Origin: a virus
Lineage: Duplodnaviria; Caudoviricetes
Length of the DNA stretch: 52,513 bases
Virus record (IMG/VR): IMGVR_UViG_3300031565_000048
Span: 1-52,513 of that record
Strand: one strand, 5' to 3'
A model generated the notes under the pieces. It was not told where the DNA came from and ran no database searches. It saw only the letters and a program-made list of their open reading frames with translations. Both the position numbers and the translations under genes were made by a program. Below are positions 7,705 to 15,202 of this stretch, piece after piece; within the stretch, counting starts at the first letter, position 1; the number at the start of each line of letters is the position of its first letter.

Positions 7705-9960
7705 TTATGTGCGGCGATATATGCCTGGGCGGGGGCTGAATATGGTGCCATCCTTCATGAGTACGCTTACTAGTTTGGCGGCCTCTGACCGCGTCACGCC
7801 CTGACCCTGCAACGCCTCATACAGGTCGTCGTCCTTGACACCGCTTTCTATAGTGCTCATCTCCCCTATCAGTTGCAGCGTCTTCTGTAGCTGACCCTTG
7901 AGGCTCCGCGCCTTCCCCGTGTACCCCATCGGCTTAAGTATCCGTAGTTTCCCCGTCACAGGCTCTGACGCATCCTCGAGGAGCAGCTGCTCAACGAATT
8001 TCCTTAGCTCGGATACCTTGAAGAGCCCCTTCTCGGTCACCCGCTGCAGCATCGTCTGGTAGTCACAATGCCCGTCAGTGGCTTCGCACTGCATCTCATA
8101 TATGATGTTACGAAGCAACTCCAGCTTCTGATGTAACCCTTTAGGCTTCCCCGTCATCCAGCTGTCTATGTTGCGTTCCCCTGTGGTGGGGTCTACGCCT
8201 ACTTGCTCCATGCTTGCCTCGATGATTCCCAGAGCGGTGAGGGCGTCGTCCTCTGTGGCTACCTCGTGGAGCCTGGATCGGGCCACGGCTTCGGTGACCC
8301 GTATGCATGATTCGAATTGTCGGGGAGTGATCATGATGGTAGGTTGCTTGGGATCCCCTATGTCGCCTTCCTTGGTGCGTCGGAGACCTAAGTAATATTC
8401 CTTAAGTTGCTGACCCACTGTCGGGGGTACCTCAGGGTGTATGTGTTTTCTGCAATATGCCACGTATTTTCGGAGTTCTCTGAGAGTGAGAGGTGACTGA
8501 ACTTGCTCACCGCGATGCACTCTCAGCAGGTGATCTGCTAGAGCTGCGTCTCGCTCCTCGTTTGGCTGATCCTTCATCACTCGTATTAAGTCAAACCTGT
8601 TCAGTATGGTCTCTTCGAGATTGATATTCTGAACCACGGTAAGGTATGGGTTATACCTCCCATCCTTAGGGTTCCCAGCCCCCAATATCCCACATCGTGC
8701 GTTAAGAGTCGTGTTGATGCCGCCCTTGTTGATCGGCACTATTTGTTGTTCCATGGCGGGGTGTATGGCGCGTCTGTCGTTCTCTTCCATTTTCTCGATC
8801 TCATCGATGGATACATGCCCCCTGTCAGCCAGAACTAGGGCGCCCGCCTCAAGGCTGTATCCGATGTCCTTATCCTTGACCACCGCCGCCGTGAGACCTG
8901 CGGCACTGCTGCCCCTGCCTGTGGTGTAGAGTCCCCGTGGGCTGGCTTTAGAGGCGAACTTAAGTAGTTGACTCTTCGCCAAACCAGGGTCACCGATGAG
9001 TAGGACGCTTATGTCGCCTCTTATGCGGACATCCTCCATCTCCTTGGCTTCCCCACCCATCAGGTAGGCGGCGACGCACTGCTTTTCCTCCCTGAGCCCG
9101 TAGATGCTGGGGGCGACGCTATCGGTGACGGCGGCGAACATATCCTGCCTCTTAGCCATATCACTGAAACTCTGCGCGTCCTCGGTGCTGCACTCCAGGT
9201 CTTCCGCATCTTCGGCTAGATACCCGAAGCCAAAGCAGCGCCCATACATCTCTAGTCTGCGTTCAGGGCTGCTCTTTCCCGCCATAGCCGCGTCGATAAC
9301 CGCAGTGATCCTAATCCGGTCACCCGCGTTGACACGTCCACAGAGCAATCCCCTGAGTTCGTAGGTGAATGTGCGAGGCATCTGCCCCGAGGGAAGGCTT
9401 TCAGGCGCCTCCTGCAGCTTCAGCAACTGAATGTCCTCGAATACGCTGTGTGATGGATCGAGTACCCAGTTTTTCCCCTTACAGTTATCGCACCTATCTA
9501 ACGGCTCGCTTCTGTACTGCATCTTCTGGGGGACTCTAATGCCCTGCCCACACTTCTGACAGATATAATAGGCTTCCCTGATCTTCGGCTCCGTTTGCGT
9601 GATCTTGACAACAATGCCGGACGTTGACGCAAGGCTGCCTATCATGTGGCTGCGTAGACTCCGAAGGGGAGTCTCCTGGTCGGGATGCCCGACTAGATGA
9701 ACCTCCACCGGGTGGTCCCTGATCAACTCGGGGACACGCATCGTCAGCAACTCCTTAACGTGGTATGAGACATCCAACAGAGTTTTATCTGTGTCACTGA
9801 CTAGGCGCTCCACGAGTTCGGTGCTATACTGGTAGAGGTCCGTGAGGTTGATCACTAGGCTCCCGTCGAGCCGCATGGTGGCTGCATCCAACGGGGGCAC
9901 AGCCCCGCAGCCTGTTAGGTATTCGCGGAGTGGTTCCATGTCCAAGTCCAGGGCGTCCAT
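7705..9960 (-). CDS. mcm: MCM replicative helicase
   Basis: Zn finger CQKC/CDNC, Walker A GDPGLAKS, Walker B IDEIEKM, MEQQ and Arg finger NRFD. Confidence 0.97.
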   Translation of the reverse strand: MDALDLDMEPLREYLTGCGAVPPLDAATMRLDGSLVINLTDLYQYSTELVERLVSDTDKTLLDVSYHVKELLTMRVPELIRDHPVEVHLVGHPDQETPLRSLRSHMIGSLASTSGIVVKITQTEPKIREAYYICQKCGQGIRVPQKMQYRSEPLDRCDNCKGKNWVLDPSHSVFEDIQLLKLQEAPESLPSGQMPRTFTYELRGLLCGRVNAGDRIRITAVIDAAMAGKSSPERRLEMYGRCFGFGYLAEDAEDLECSTEDAQSFSDMAKRQDMFAAVTDSVAPSIYGLREEKQCVAAYLMGGEAKEMEDVRIRGDISVLLIGDPGLAKSQLLKFASKASPRGLYTTGRGSSAAGLTAAVVKDKDIGYSLEAGALVLADRGHVSIDEIEKMEENDRRAIHPAMEQQIVPINKGGINTTLNARCGILGAGNPKDGRYNPYLTVVQNINLEETILNRFDLIRVMKDQPNEERDAALADHLLRVHRGEQVQSPLTLRELRKYVAYCRKHIHPEVPPTVGQQLKEYYLGLRRTKEGDIGDPKQPTIMITPRQFESCIRVTEAVARSRLHEVATEDDALTALGIIEASMEQVGVDPTTGERNIDSWMTGKPKGLHQKLELLRNIIYEMQCEATDGHCDYQTMLQRVTEKGLFKVSELRKFVEQLLLEDASEPVTGKLRILKPMGYTGKARSLKGQLQKTLQLIGEMSTIESGVKDDDLYEALQGQGVTRSEAAKLVSVLMKDGTIFSPRPGIYRRT

Positions 9961-10583
9961 CAGGCTCCCTCCACAATGGTGTATCCCATAGAAGCCACGA
10001 TGCGCCGCACCTCAAGCAACGCGTCATCGTCGTATATCCGCTTAACCGCTAACAGGTTAACCAGAGTCCACGAACCTAATTGCCCCTCCTCATTGAGGTA
10101 CTTCACAGCTTCCTCCGCTACCTCTTTGTAGTCATGATCTACCAGATAGTCGTCAAGACGCTTAACGTGTTCAGTGTTTGCGTCCCTGTAGAGGTTGGCC
10201 GCCTCCACCACCTGACTATCAGAGGCATCGTACAATGCATACAGATTGGCAGGTCTACCTTGGCCCCCAACCCTGTAACGTTCATAAGCCACGCCGCCTC
10301 TGACAAGTCTCCCCACGACACTGTAGATGAGGTTGATTTCAACCCCTGTGGAGGAGGCCACTATGGGGATCGTGAATGCCTTCCGCTCAAGAATGTATTG
10401 CAGGCATCCGCCCCCAGGTAAGAGATACGCAGCCATGAGGCACTTCGCTCGATTCACGTCCTCGCCGAATACATTACTACTATTACTACTACTTTCTTTT
10501 TCTAGTCTAGAAAGAGAAAGAAGTATTTCAGTGAGGTTTTCCGTCAGGCTACGCGTGTCCTGTAACTGGACCTGATCATTCAA
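9960..10583 (-). CDS. wHTH protein, possible replication initiator or MCM loader
   Basis: wHTH with wing GGQGRPANLY. Coupled to mcm. Confidence 0.6.
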   Translation of the reverse strand: MNDQVQLQDTRSLTENLTEILLSLSRLEKESSSNSSNVFGEDVNRAKCLMAAYLLPGGGCLQYILERKAFTIPIVASSTGVEINLIYSVVGRLVRGGVAYERYRVGGQGRPANLYALYDASDSQVVEAANLYRDANTEHVKRLDDYLVDHDYKEVAEEAVKYLNEEGQLGSWTLVNLLAVKRIYDDDALLEVRRIVASMGYTIVEGA

Positions 10584-10589
10584 CTTATG

Positions 10590-10780
10590 CTCCCAAATGG
10601 GATGAGGGTTCCCTATTATATAAAATTGATGGGTTGGTGGGTTAGGGAAGAGGGAGCATAATCTTCCCTATACATGTCGATCACCGCACCAAGTATGGAT
10701 GATTCGTAGATATATTTATTTTTATCTGATTAAATGGATTGTCATAAAAATAATGGTTGATATAAATAAATGATCAGAGT
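10590..10780. other. AT-rich intergenic region, candidate replication origin
   Basis: Largest AT-rich gap in the replication block. Contains the inverted repeat AGGGAAGA...TCTTCCCT at about 10644-10669. Confidence 0.35.
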
Positions 10781-10786
10781 GCACTC

Positions 10787-11092
10787 TCACTCACTTTTAC
10801 CTACCTCTCCCTCTGCCTCTTTAAACTCCGGTAGGCGTCGCCACCTGATGCCCAGCTTGTCACCTTGCCTAACCATCGACGCCTCTATGCGGCCCTCGAT
10901 GTGGAGCCCCACGAGTTGACGGAAATACCATTTACTTGAGTGAGAAGTCTTCGTTACCTTGGAGACGGCGTGGATCATCCGGAATATCTCGATGGGTTGG
11001 GGGCGTTCCTGAATGTAGTCCAGGATAGCCTGAGAGACGGGTCCGAGATCACTCAACGCCCTCAGCCTCTTGCTCTGCTTCAAGGAGATCAA
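10787..11092 (-). CDS. wHTH-like protein
   Basis: Helix pattern and C-terminal beta-wing. True start probably near 11056. Confidence 0.55.
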   Translation of the reverse strand: MISLKQSKRLRALSDLGPVSQAILDYIQERPQPIEIFRMIHAVSKVTKTSHSSKWYFRQLVGLHIEGRIEASMVRQGDKLGIRWRRLPEFKEAEGEVGKSE

Positions 11093-11357
11093 TCATCTTG
11101 GGAAGTAGCATCCCCAGGTTTGGCTCATATTTGCCTTGAAGTACCCGGATGATGATTCCTTTCTCAACAAGCCGTTTCAGTGTTCGCTGGACGGAGTCGT
11201 ATGAGTTCCCGCAGTCTTGTTTCATAATTTTTTGGATTTTGCCTGTCTCCTTGGCCTGGCCGTCGAATACGATGTGGGCCACCCAGAGTTCATCTTCATC
11301 CTCGGTGAGAAAATCAAGTGCTTTAAAGGCGAGGTCTGACACGCTCTTTACTCTCAT
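11049..11357 (-). CDS. wHTH protein
   Basis: SVQRTLKRLVEKGIIIRVLQGKYE. Confidence 0.7.
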   Translation of the reverse strand: MRVKSVSDLAFKALDFLTEDEDELWVAHIVFDGQAKETGKIQKIMKQDCGNSYDSVQRTLKRLVEKGIIIRVLQGKYEPNLGMLLPKMIDLLEAEQEAEGVE

Positions 11358-11539
11358 CAGCCCTCAGCCTCCTCGGCCGTCTCACGCGCCTCTGTGTAGA
11401 TGCAGCCCCAGTGAAAATACCGGGCTCGGCTGTTTACGCGACGTCGCGCAACGTTCTCGCCTTCCTTTAGAGGTTCGCCGCAGCCTTTGCAGAGCATAGT
11501 GCCTTGGTGTCGCTGCAGGAGGGCCTGTGTGATTATCAC
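11357..11539 (-). CDS. Small Zn-finger protein
   Basis: CKGC...HWGC. Confidence 0.6.
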   Translation of the reverse strand: MIITQALLQRHQGTMLCKGCGEPLKEGENVARRRVNSRARYFHWGCIYTEARETAEEAEG

Positions 11540-11671
11540 CCCTCAGCCTCCTTCATGGTAGCCGTTTCCTGTTCAGCAGTTTACCGAGGCGGCGCAAACT
11601 CTGGTATTTGAGTTCCCTGATCTTCCTCAAGTCAACGATGACTCTGTCAACCTTGTTGAAGTCTAGAGAAC

Positions 11672-11911
11672 TCATGGATTCGCCTCCTTGTCGTTTATCT
11701 GGAAGCCTAGCTGGCTCGACTTGACTATGTCCTCCCCATCTTCCATCACCTTGTACGATTTCTTACAATGCCCACACCGGTACTTCATGTAACCCTCCTC
11801 CCAACCCCGCAGATATTGGTTGGTAGTCTCGCCGCATCTAGGGCACTTCGGAGTTATTTTCTGCTCACCCATTTTAGGTCGCCTCCGTGTAGTCACGGCC
11901 ACCCAGTTCAT
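11672..11911 (-). CDS. Small Zn-ribbon protein
   Basis: CPRC...CGHC. Likely start MGEQK. Confidence 0.6.
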   Translation of the reverse strand: MNWVAVTTRRRPKMGEQKITPKCPRCGETTNQYLRGWEEGYMKYRCGHCKKSYKVMEDGEDIVKSSQLGFQINDKEANP

Positions 11912-12098
11912 CGATCTTTTTAAGCATTGTACCCAACTGGATAGCCATCCCGTCGTTCACCCTGTCAATAAGGGCGTCAAGTATGTCGTTTTCTTCCTCA
12001 AGCTCTATGGTGAACTCCTGAGTGATCTCGTCCCGGTACTTGCCTTCGTAGTCAGGCAGCCGGGCGTTGACTCTGATCCGTTTAACTACCTTCATCAT
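11874..12098 (-). CDS. Hypothetical protein
   Basis: 74-aa coupled ORF. Confidence 0.6.
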   Translation of the reverse strand: MMKVVKRIRVNARLPDYEGKYRDEITQEFTIELEEENDILDALIDRVNDGMAIQLGTMLKKIDELGGRDYTEAT

Positions 12099-12922
12099 CC
12101 GATCACGTCCTTTCTATTCAGCCGGAATATCCTGTTGCGTTGTATGAAGCCTGCTGCGAGCATGACGCCGGTTATGTCCGGCATTGCCTCCGCTGGGATT
12201 GCCTTTATGGGTTTCACGGTGATCTTCACGGTGTCCGACTTCACCTCAAAGTCGTCTAGGTTGAAGCCCGCCGCCTTCATCCAGCCCTCAGTCATCTCCT
12301 TGGCTTGGTCCCATGAATCCTCTGCACGGTTCAATTCGTCAGCGAGCAGCCACTCCGGCAGCTTTAGCTCGACGGGCTTCATGAAGTCTTGAACCCTGAC
12401 TGCGTCTTCCGGTGCTTTTCTTTGTGGGGTGTCAAACTCTGGGCCTAGACTCATCTCCTCGGCGCTGACATCGGCTGACCCCACGAAGTTACTGACGGCG
12501 CGGTTCCAAGCCCGGGTGAAGGCTATGGATCGGACGTCATGGTAGGGACGATCCTTATGGTGGATCAGGTTCGGCTCATCGATGGTGCAGCTGCCGACTC
12601 CAGTAGATCTCCTGCCCAGTCGGTTATAGACGCAGACAGTGTAGTTGAACCCGTAGAAACGGCCATCCTGGTATATCTCCTTCTCCAATAGTATCTCGTC
12701 GCTCAGGTCGAAGCCTTGGGCGAGTTTGGCGAATCCGCTGCGGGCTGTGTATTGCTTGTTTCCTTGGATGAAGTAGTCCTTGTTCTTCGTCATCAGGGTC
12801 TCCTTGACCTGGGCGACGTAGTTCGTCAGCTTCGTAAGTTCCTCGATGGGCATCATAGGGATGGCGAGTGCCAACTGTTCAGTGTTTGCTAGGGACCTGT
12901 CCTCATCAACCATCGTCCTCAA
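12095..12922 (-). CDS. Single-strand annealing protein (Rad52/Sak/Red-beta superfamily-like)
   Basis: GVGSC beta-hairpin followed by the AFTRAWNRAV helix, as in viral SSAPs. Confidence 0.65.
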   Translation of the reverse strand: MRTMVDEDRSLANTEQLALAIPMMPIEELTKLTNYVAQVKETLMTKNKDYFIQGNKQYTARSGFAKLAQGFDLSDEILLEKEIYQDGRFYGFNYTVCVYNRLGRRSTGVGSCTIDEPNLIHHKDRPYHDVRSIAFTRAWNRAVSNFVGSADVSAEEMSLGPEFDTPQRKAPEDAVRVQDFMKPVELKLPEWLLADELNRAEDSWDQAKEMTEGWMKAAGFNLDDFEVKSDTVKITVKPIKAIPAEAMPDITGVMLAAGFIQRNRIFRLNRKDVIG

Positions 12923-13478
12923 CCTCCTCGGGTGTTGTCTTCTCTAGGTACTCAAGGATGTCGTACCCCTTGTCCTGAAGGTCATCTGGGTCCACGTCAT
13001 TAACATACATCGCTATGAGGGCAAGAGGGTTACGCAGGATGCTTGGGAGAACGGTTCTGGTGTACTTGATAGACTTATGTGTCCTTTGCTCCGCATCCAT
13101 CAGCCCATTAGCCTCCTTCATACAGGGGGCAAGAGACTCACCACAGTCGTCACAGTTACCATTATCTGGACGGAAGTCACAGTCTCCGATACACCAAGCC
13201 CACCCTTTAGGGCATAATTCATTAGGGTCCATCTGACTCTCAGTATCTTGACCCATGTTGACGAGCTCCTTCCAGACACCTGGGTCCGGATTCGGGGCAT
13301 GATCCTCGGCTTTCTCTTTGGTGGCCTTCTGCATCGCGCGGCAAGACCTGAGCTTTGCGATGATGGCATCCTGGGCGAAGGCGCTGAGGCTCGGCCAGTA
13401 CCCAACCTCCTCCATGAGCGCTGTGACGTCGTCGGCGAGGGGCTTCGGGATGCTAACCGTCCTGTACTCGACCATCAT
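12906..13478 (-). CDS. RHH regulator fused to a Cys-rich region
   Basis: YRTVSIPKPLADDV...SLSAFAQDAI RHH pattern. Confidence 0.65.
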   Translation of the reverse strand: MMVEYRTVSIPKPLADDVTALMEEVGYWPSLSAFAQDAIIAKLRSCRAMQKATKEKAEDHAPNPDPGVWKELVNMGQDTESQMDPNELCPKGWAWCIGDCDFRPDNGNCDDCGESLAPCMKEANGLMDAEQRTHKSIKYTRTVLPSILRNPLALIAMYVNDVDPDDLQDKGYDILEYLEKTTPEEVEDDG

Positions 13479-13600
13479 ACATCAGCCTCCCCGTTTTTCG
13501 CCTTGAGGCGTGCCCAACAGACGGGCCCTATCCCACGATCCACGCTCTCAGGGACAGTGAGCAGACGACCACAGACACGGCACCTTGTCTCCTTGCTCAT
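13475..13600 (-). CDS. DUF6011-like Zn-ribbon protein (41 aa)
   Basis: CRVCGRLLTVPESVDRGIGPVC. ATGA overlaps on both sides. Confidence 0.7.
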   Translation of the reverse strand: MSKETRCRVCGRLLTVPESVDRGIGPVCWARLKAKNGEADV

Positions 13601-13770
13601 TTTTCTTTCTCCTCCCCCGCCGGAGCAGGGTAATCTGGGTAGTTTGTTTCGAGAAGCTTCCGGAGTAAGTCAGGCATAGTCAACCCCTCGGCTCTAGCTC
13701 TGCTCTGGATTTGATCCTTAAGTTCCTCGGAAAGGGTGATTTGTTTAAAACCTGGTTTCGGCGTTTTCAT
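13597..13770 (-). CDS. Small RHH regulator (57 aa)
   Basis: FKQITLSEELKDQIQSRARAEGLTMPDLLRKLL. Directly behind a promoter. Confidence 0.7.
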   Translation of the reverse strand: MKTPKPGFKQITLSEELKDQIQSRARAEGLTMPDLLRKLLETNYPDYPAPAGEEKEK

Positions 13771-13803
13771 CACCACACAAGGGTACGGGTAACAATATAT
13801 AAG
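13766..13803 (-). promoter_or_regulatory. Promoter/operator repeat, copy 2
   Basis: 23 nt (13781-13803) identical to 15145-15167. Confidence 0.75.
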
Positions 13804-13855
13804 TCTTTCATAAAAATATGGTGGGTAAATACGCCCTTTATTTTTTACTGCCTGT

Positions 13856-13896
13856 TGGGGTGTGACAAAAAGCCCCTTGACCCTTGGGTGAATGTG
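13856..13896. repeat. 41-nt diverged repeat just 3' of a gene (copy 1)
   Basis: 33/41 identical to 14701-14741. Confidence 0.7.
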
Positions 13897-13897
13897 C

Positions 13898-14599
13898 CTA
13901 GATAGGTGTCACAAGCTCTGGGTTGACGGGTATCACTCTGAAGTTAATGAGTTTGGGTTCGTAGTCGGCAGGTGTTGATGCCTTAACCTCGATCACATGT
14001 GTCTCCCCTGGGGCGATCTCGTACACCTCAGATGATGATCCGAAAGGTGCACCGTTCACAACCCAGTCCAGAGGCACCACGCCTATGTCAACGGAAGTTG
14101 TACGGCTGTATTTAACCCTCCACGCATGTTCCCCTTCTCGGTTGTCGTAGATCCAAGCCGCCATTATGGTTGATCCAGGCTCCGCCCAGAATCGTTGCGT
14201 TACAGGCCACATCTTAGGGGGCGTAACGATGTCAACGATGACCTTCGTGTCGCTTGGATCGGGTGCGGGATAGTCGGGGTGCAGGATGATTATCATCTTG
14301 GTGTCCGTGATCTTTATCGGGTTAAGCCATGTGCCGTGTCCCACCTCGACCTGAAGGATCAGGTGACCTTTTGGAACGGCATAGTAGGTATGGCCTCCAT
14401 GCAGTTCCCCTGGGCTGTGGCTGGGTATGTCCGCCATCATTTTAAAGTCCCAGGTGCCAGGCTTTCTCGTCCTGTAGAACGTTGGTCCCTCTACGCTAGT
14501 GTTATTGTACTCGATTCCAATCTGGAGATCTCCGTCGATGGGCATGGTATAGGGATGTTCTAGCTTCGTGATCCTGCAGATAGGGTTCTCTTCACTCAA
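13898..14599 (-). CDS. Beta-rich hypothetical protein, possibly two Ig-like domains
   Basis: 233 aa with alternating beta-strand patterns. Has its own upstream AT box. Confidence 0.55.
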   Translation of the reverse strand: MSEENPICRITKLEHPYTMPIDGDLQIGIEYNNTSVEGPTFYRTRKPGTWDFKMMADIPSHSPGELHGGHTYYAVPKGHLILQVEVGHGTWLNPIKITDTKMIIILHPDYPAPDPSDTKVIVDIVTPPKMWPVTQRFWAEPGSTIMAAWIYDNREGEHAWRVKYSRTTSVDIGVVPLDWVVNGAPFGSSSEVYEIAPGETHVIEVKASTPADYEPKLINFRVIPVNPELVTPI

Positions 14600-14700
14600 C
14601 TTTCATCAATTAAAGAAGGAGGGGGGAGATGTTTTTAAATCCATTGTGTGTATGAAGGTGCTGCTTCATGGTGCCTAGAATATCTATTTTTATTAGGTTT

Positions 14701-14741
14701 TGGGGCGTGACAAGGAGCCCCCTGACGCGTAGGTGAATATG
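14701..14741. repeat. 41-nt diverged repeat (copy 2)
   Basis: Matches 13856-13896. Confidence 0.7.
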
Positions 14742-14759
14742 GTCAGAAACTATCCGTCT

Positions 14760-15140
14760 TTAAGGTTGGCTGGTCGAGGCTGCCAGAATCAGGGAGGCAG
14801 ATATACGGTCGCTCGGCGTCCAGGGAAGGGAGAACGGGTTAACCAGCTGGGCTAGACGGCGCGTATCATACAGGATGTCAAGGGTTTCGTTGTATCGTTC
14901 AACCCATTCCTGGTGCCATTGAACATCGCCGACTTGGGAGGAGTCAAATTCGCTATTCTCGGTGAGGTAATCAACCCATAATATGTGTATGTCCCGGCAT
15001 TCCTCGATGTATCCAATGACTTCGCTGAGTTGGCTATCTGACGGAAGCGCCATTGATATGGTTCCTAATGTGATTAGGAAAACGGTTAAAAATAGTAAAC
15101 CGCGCTTCATAATTTGCGTTTTTGTCGTATTCATCACCAC
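14760..15140 (-). CDS. Secreted or membrane-anchored protein
   Basis: KR followed by the hydrophobic stretch GLLFLTVFLITLGTISMA. Confidence 0.65.
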   Translation of the reverse strand: MVMNTTKTQIMKRGLLFLTVFLITLGTISMALPSDSQLSEVIGYIEECRDIHILWVDYLTENSEFDSSQVGDVQWHQEWVERYNETLDILYDTRRLAQLVNPFSLPWTPSDRISASLILAASTSQP

Positions 15141-15167
15141 ATTGGGGTACGGGTAACAATATATAAG
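15130..15167 (-). promoter_or_regulatory. Promoter/operator repeat, copy 3
   Basis: CTTATATATTGTTACCCGTACCC...GTGGTGATGAA. Confidence 0.75.
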
Positions 15168-15202
15168 GGTTCTTGTGGGTTGGTCGGTTCCTTGCTCTGT
15201 TC

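Noticed and set aside
7680-11703. One-mismatch site-like sequences at 7680 (TCC-N19-AGA) and 11679 (TTC-N19-GGA)
   Set aside because: They are isolated, lie outside the array, share no core with other sites, and could arise by chance next to an RBS. Not counted.
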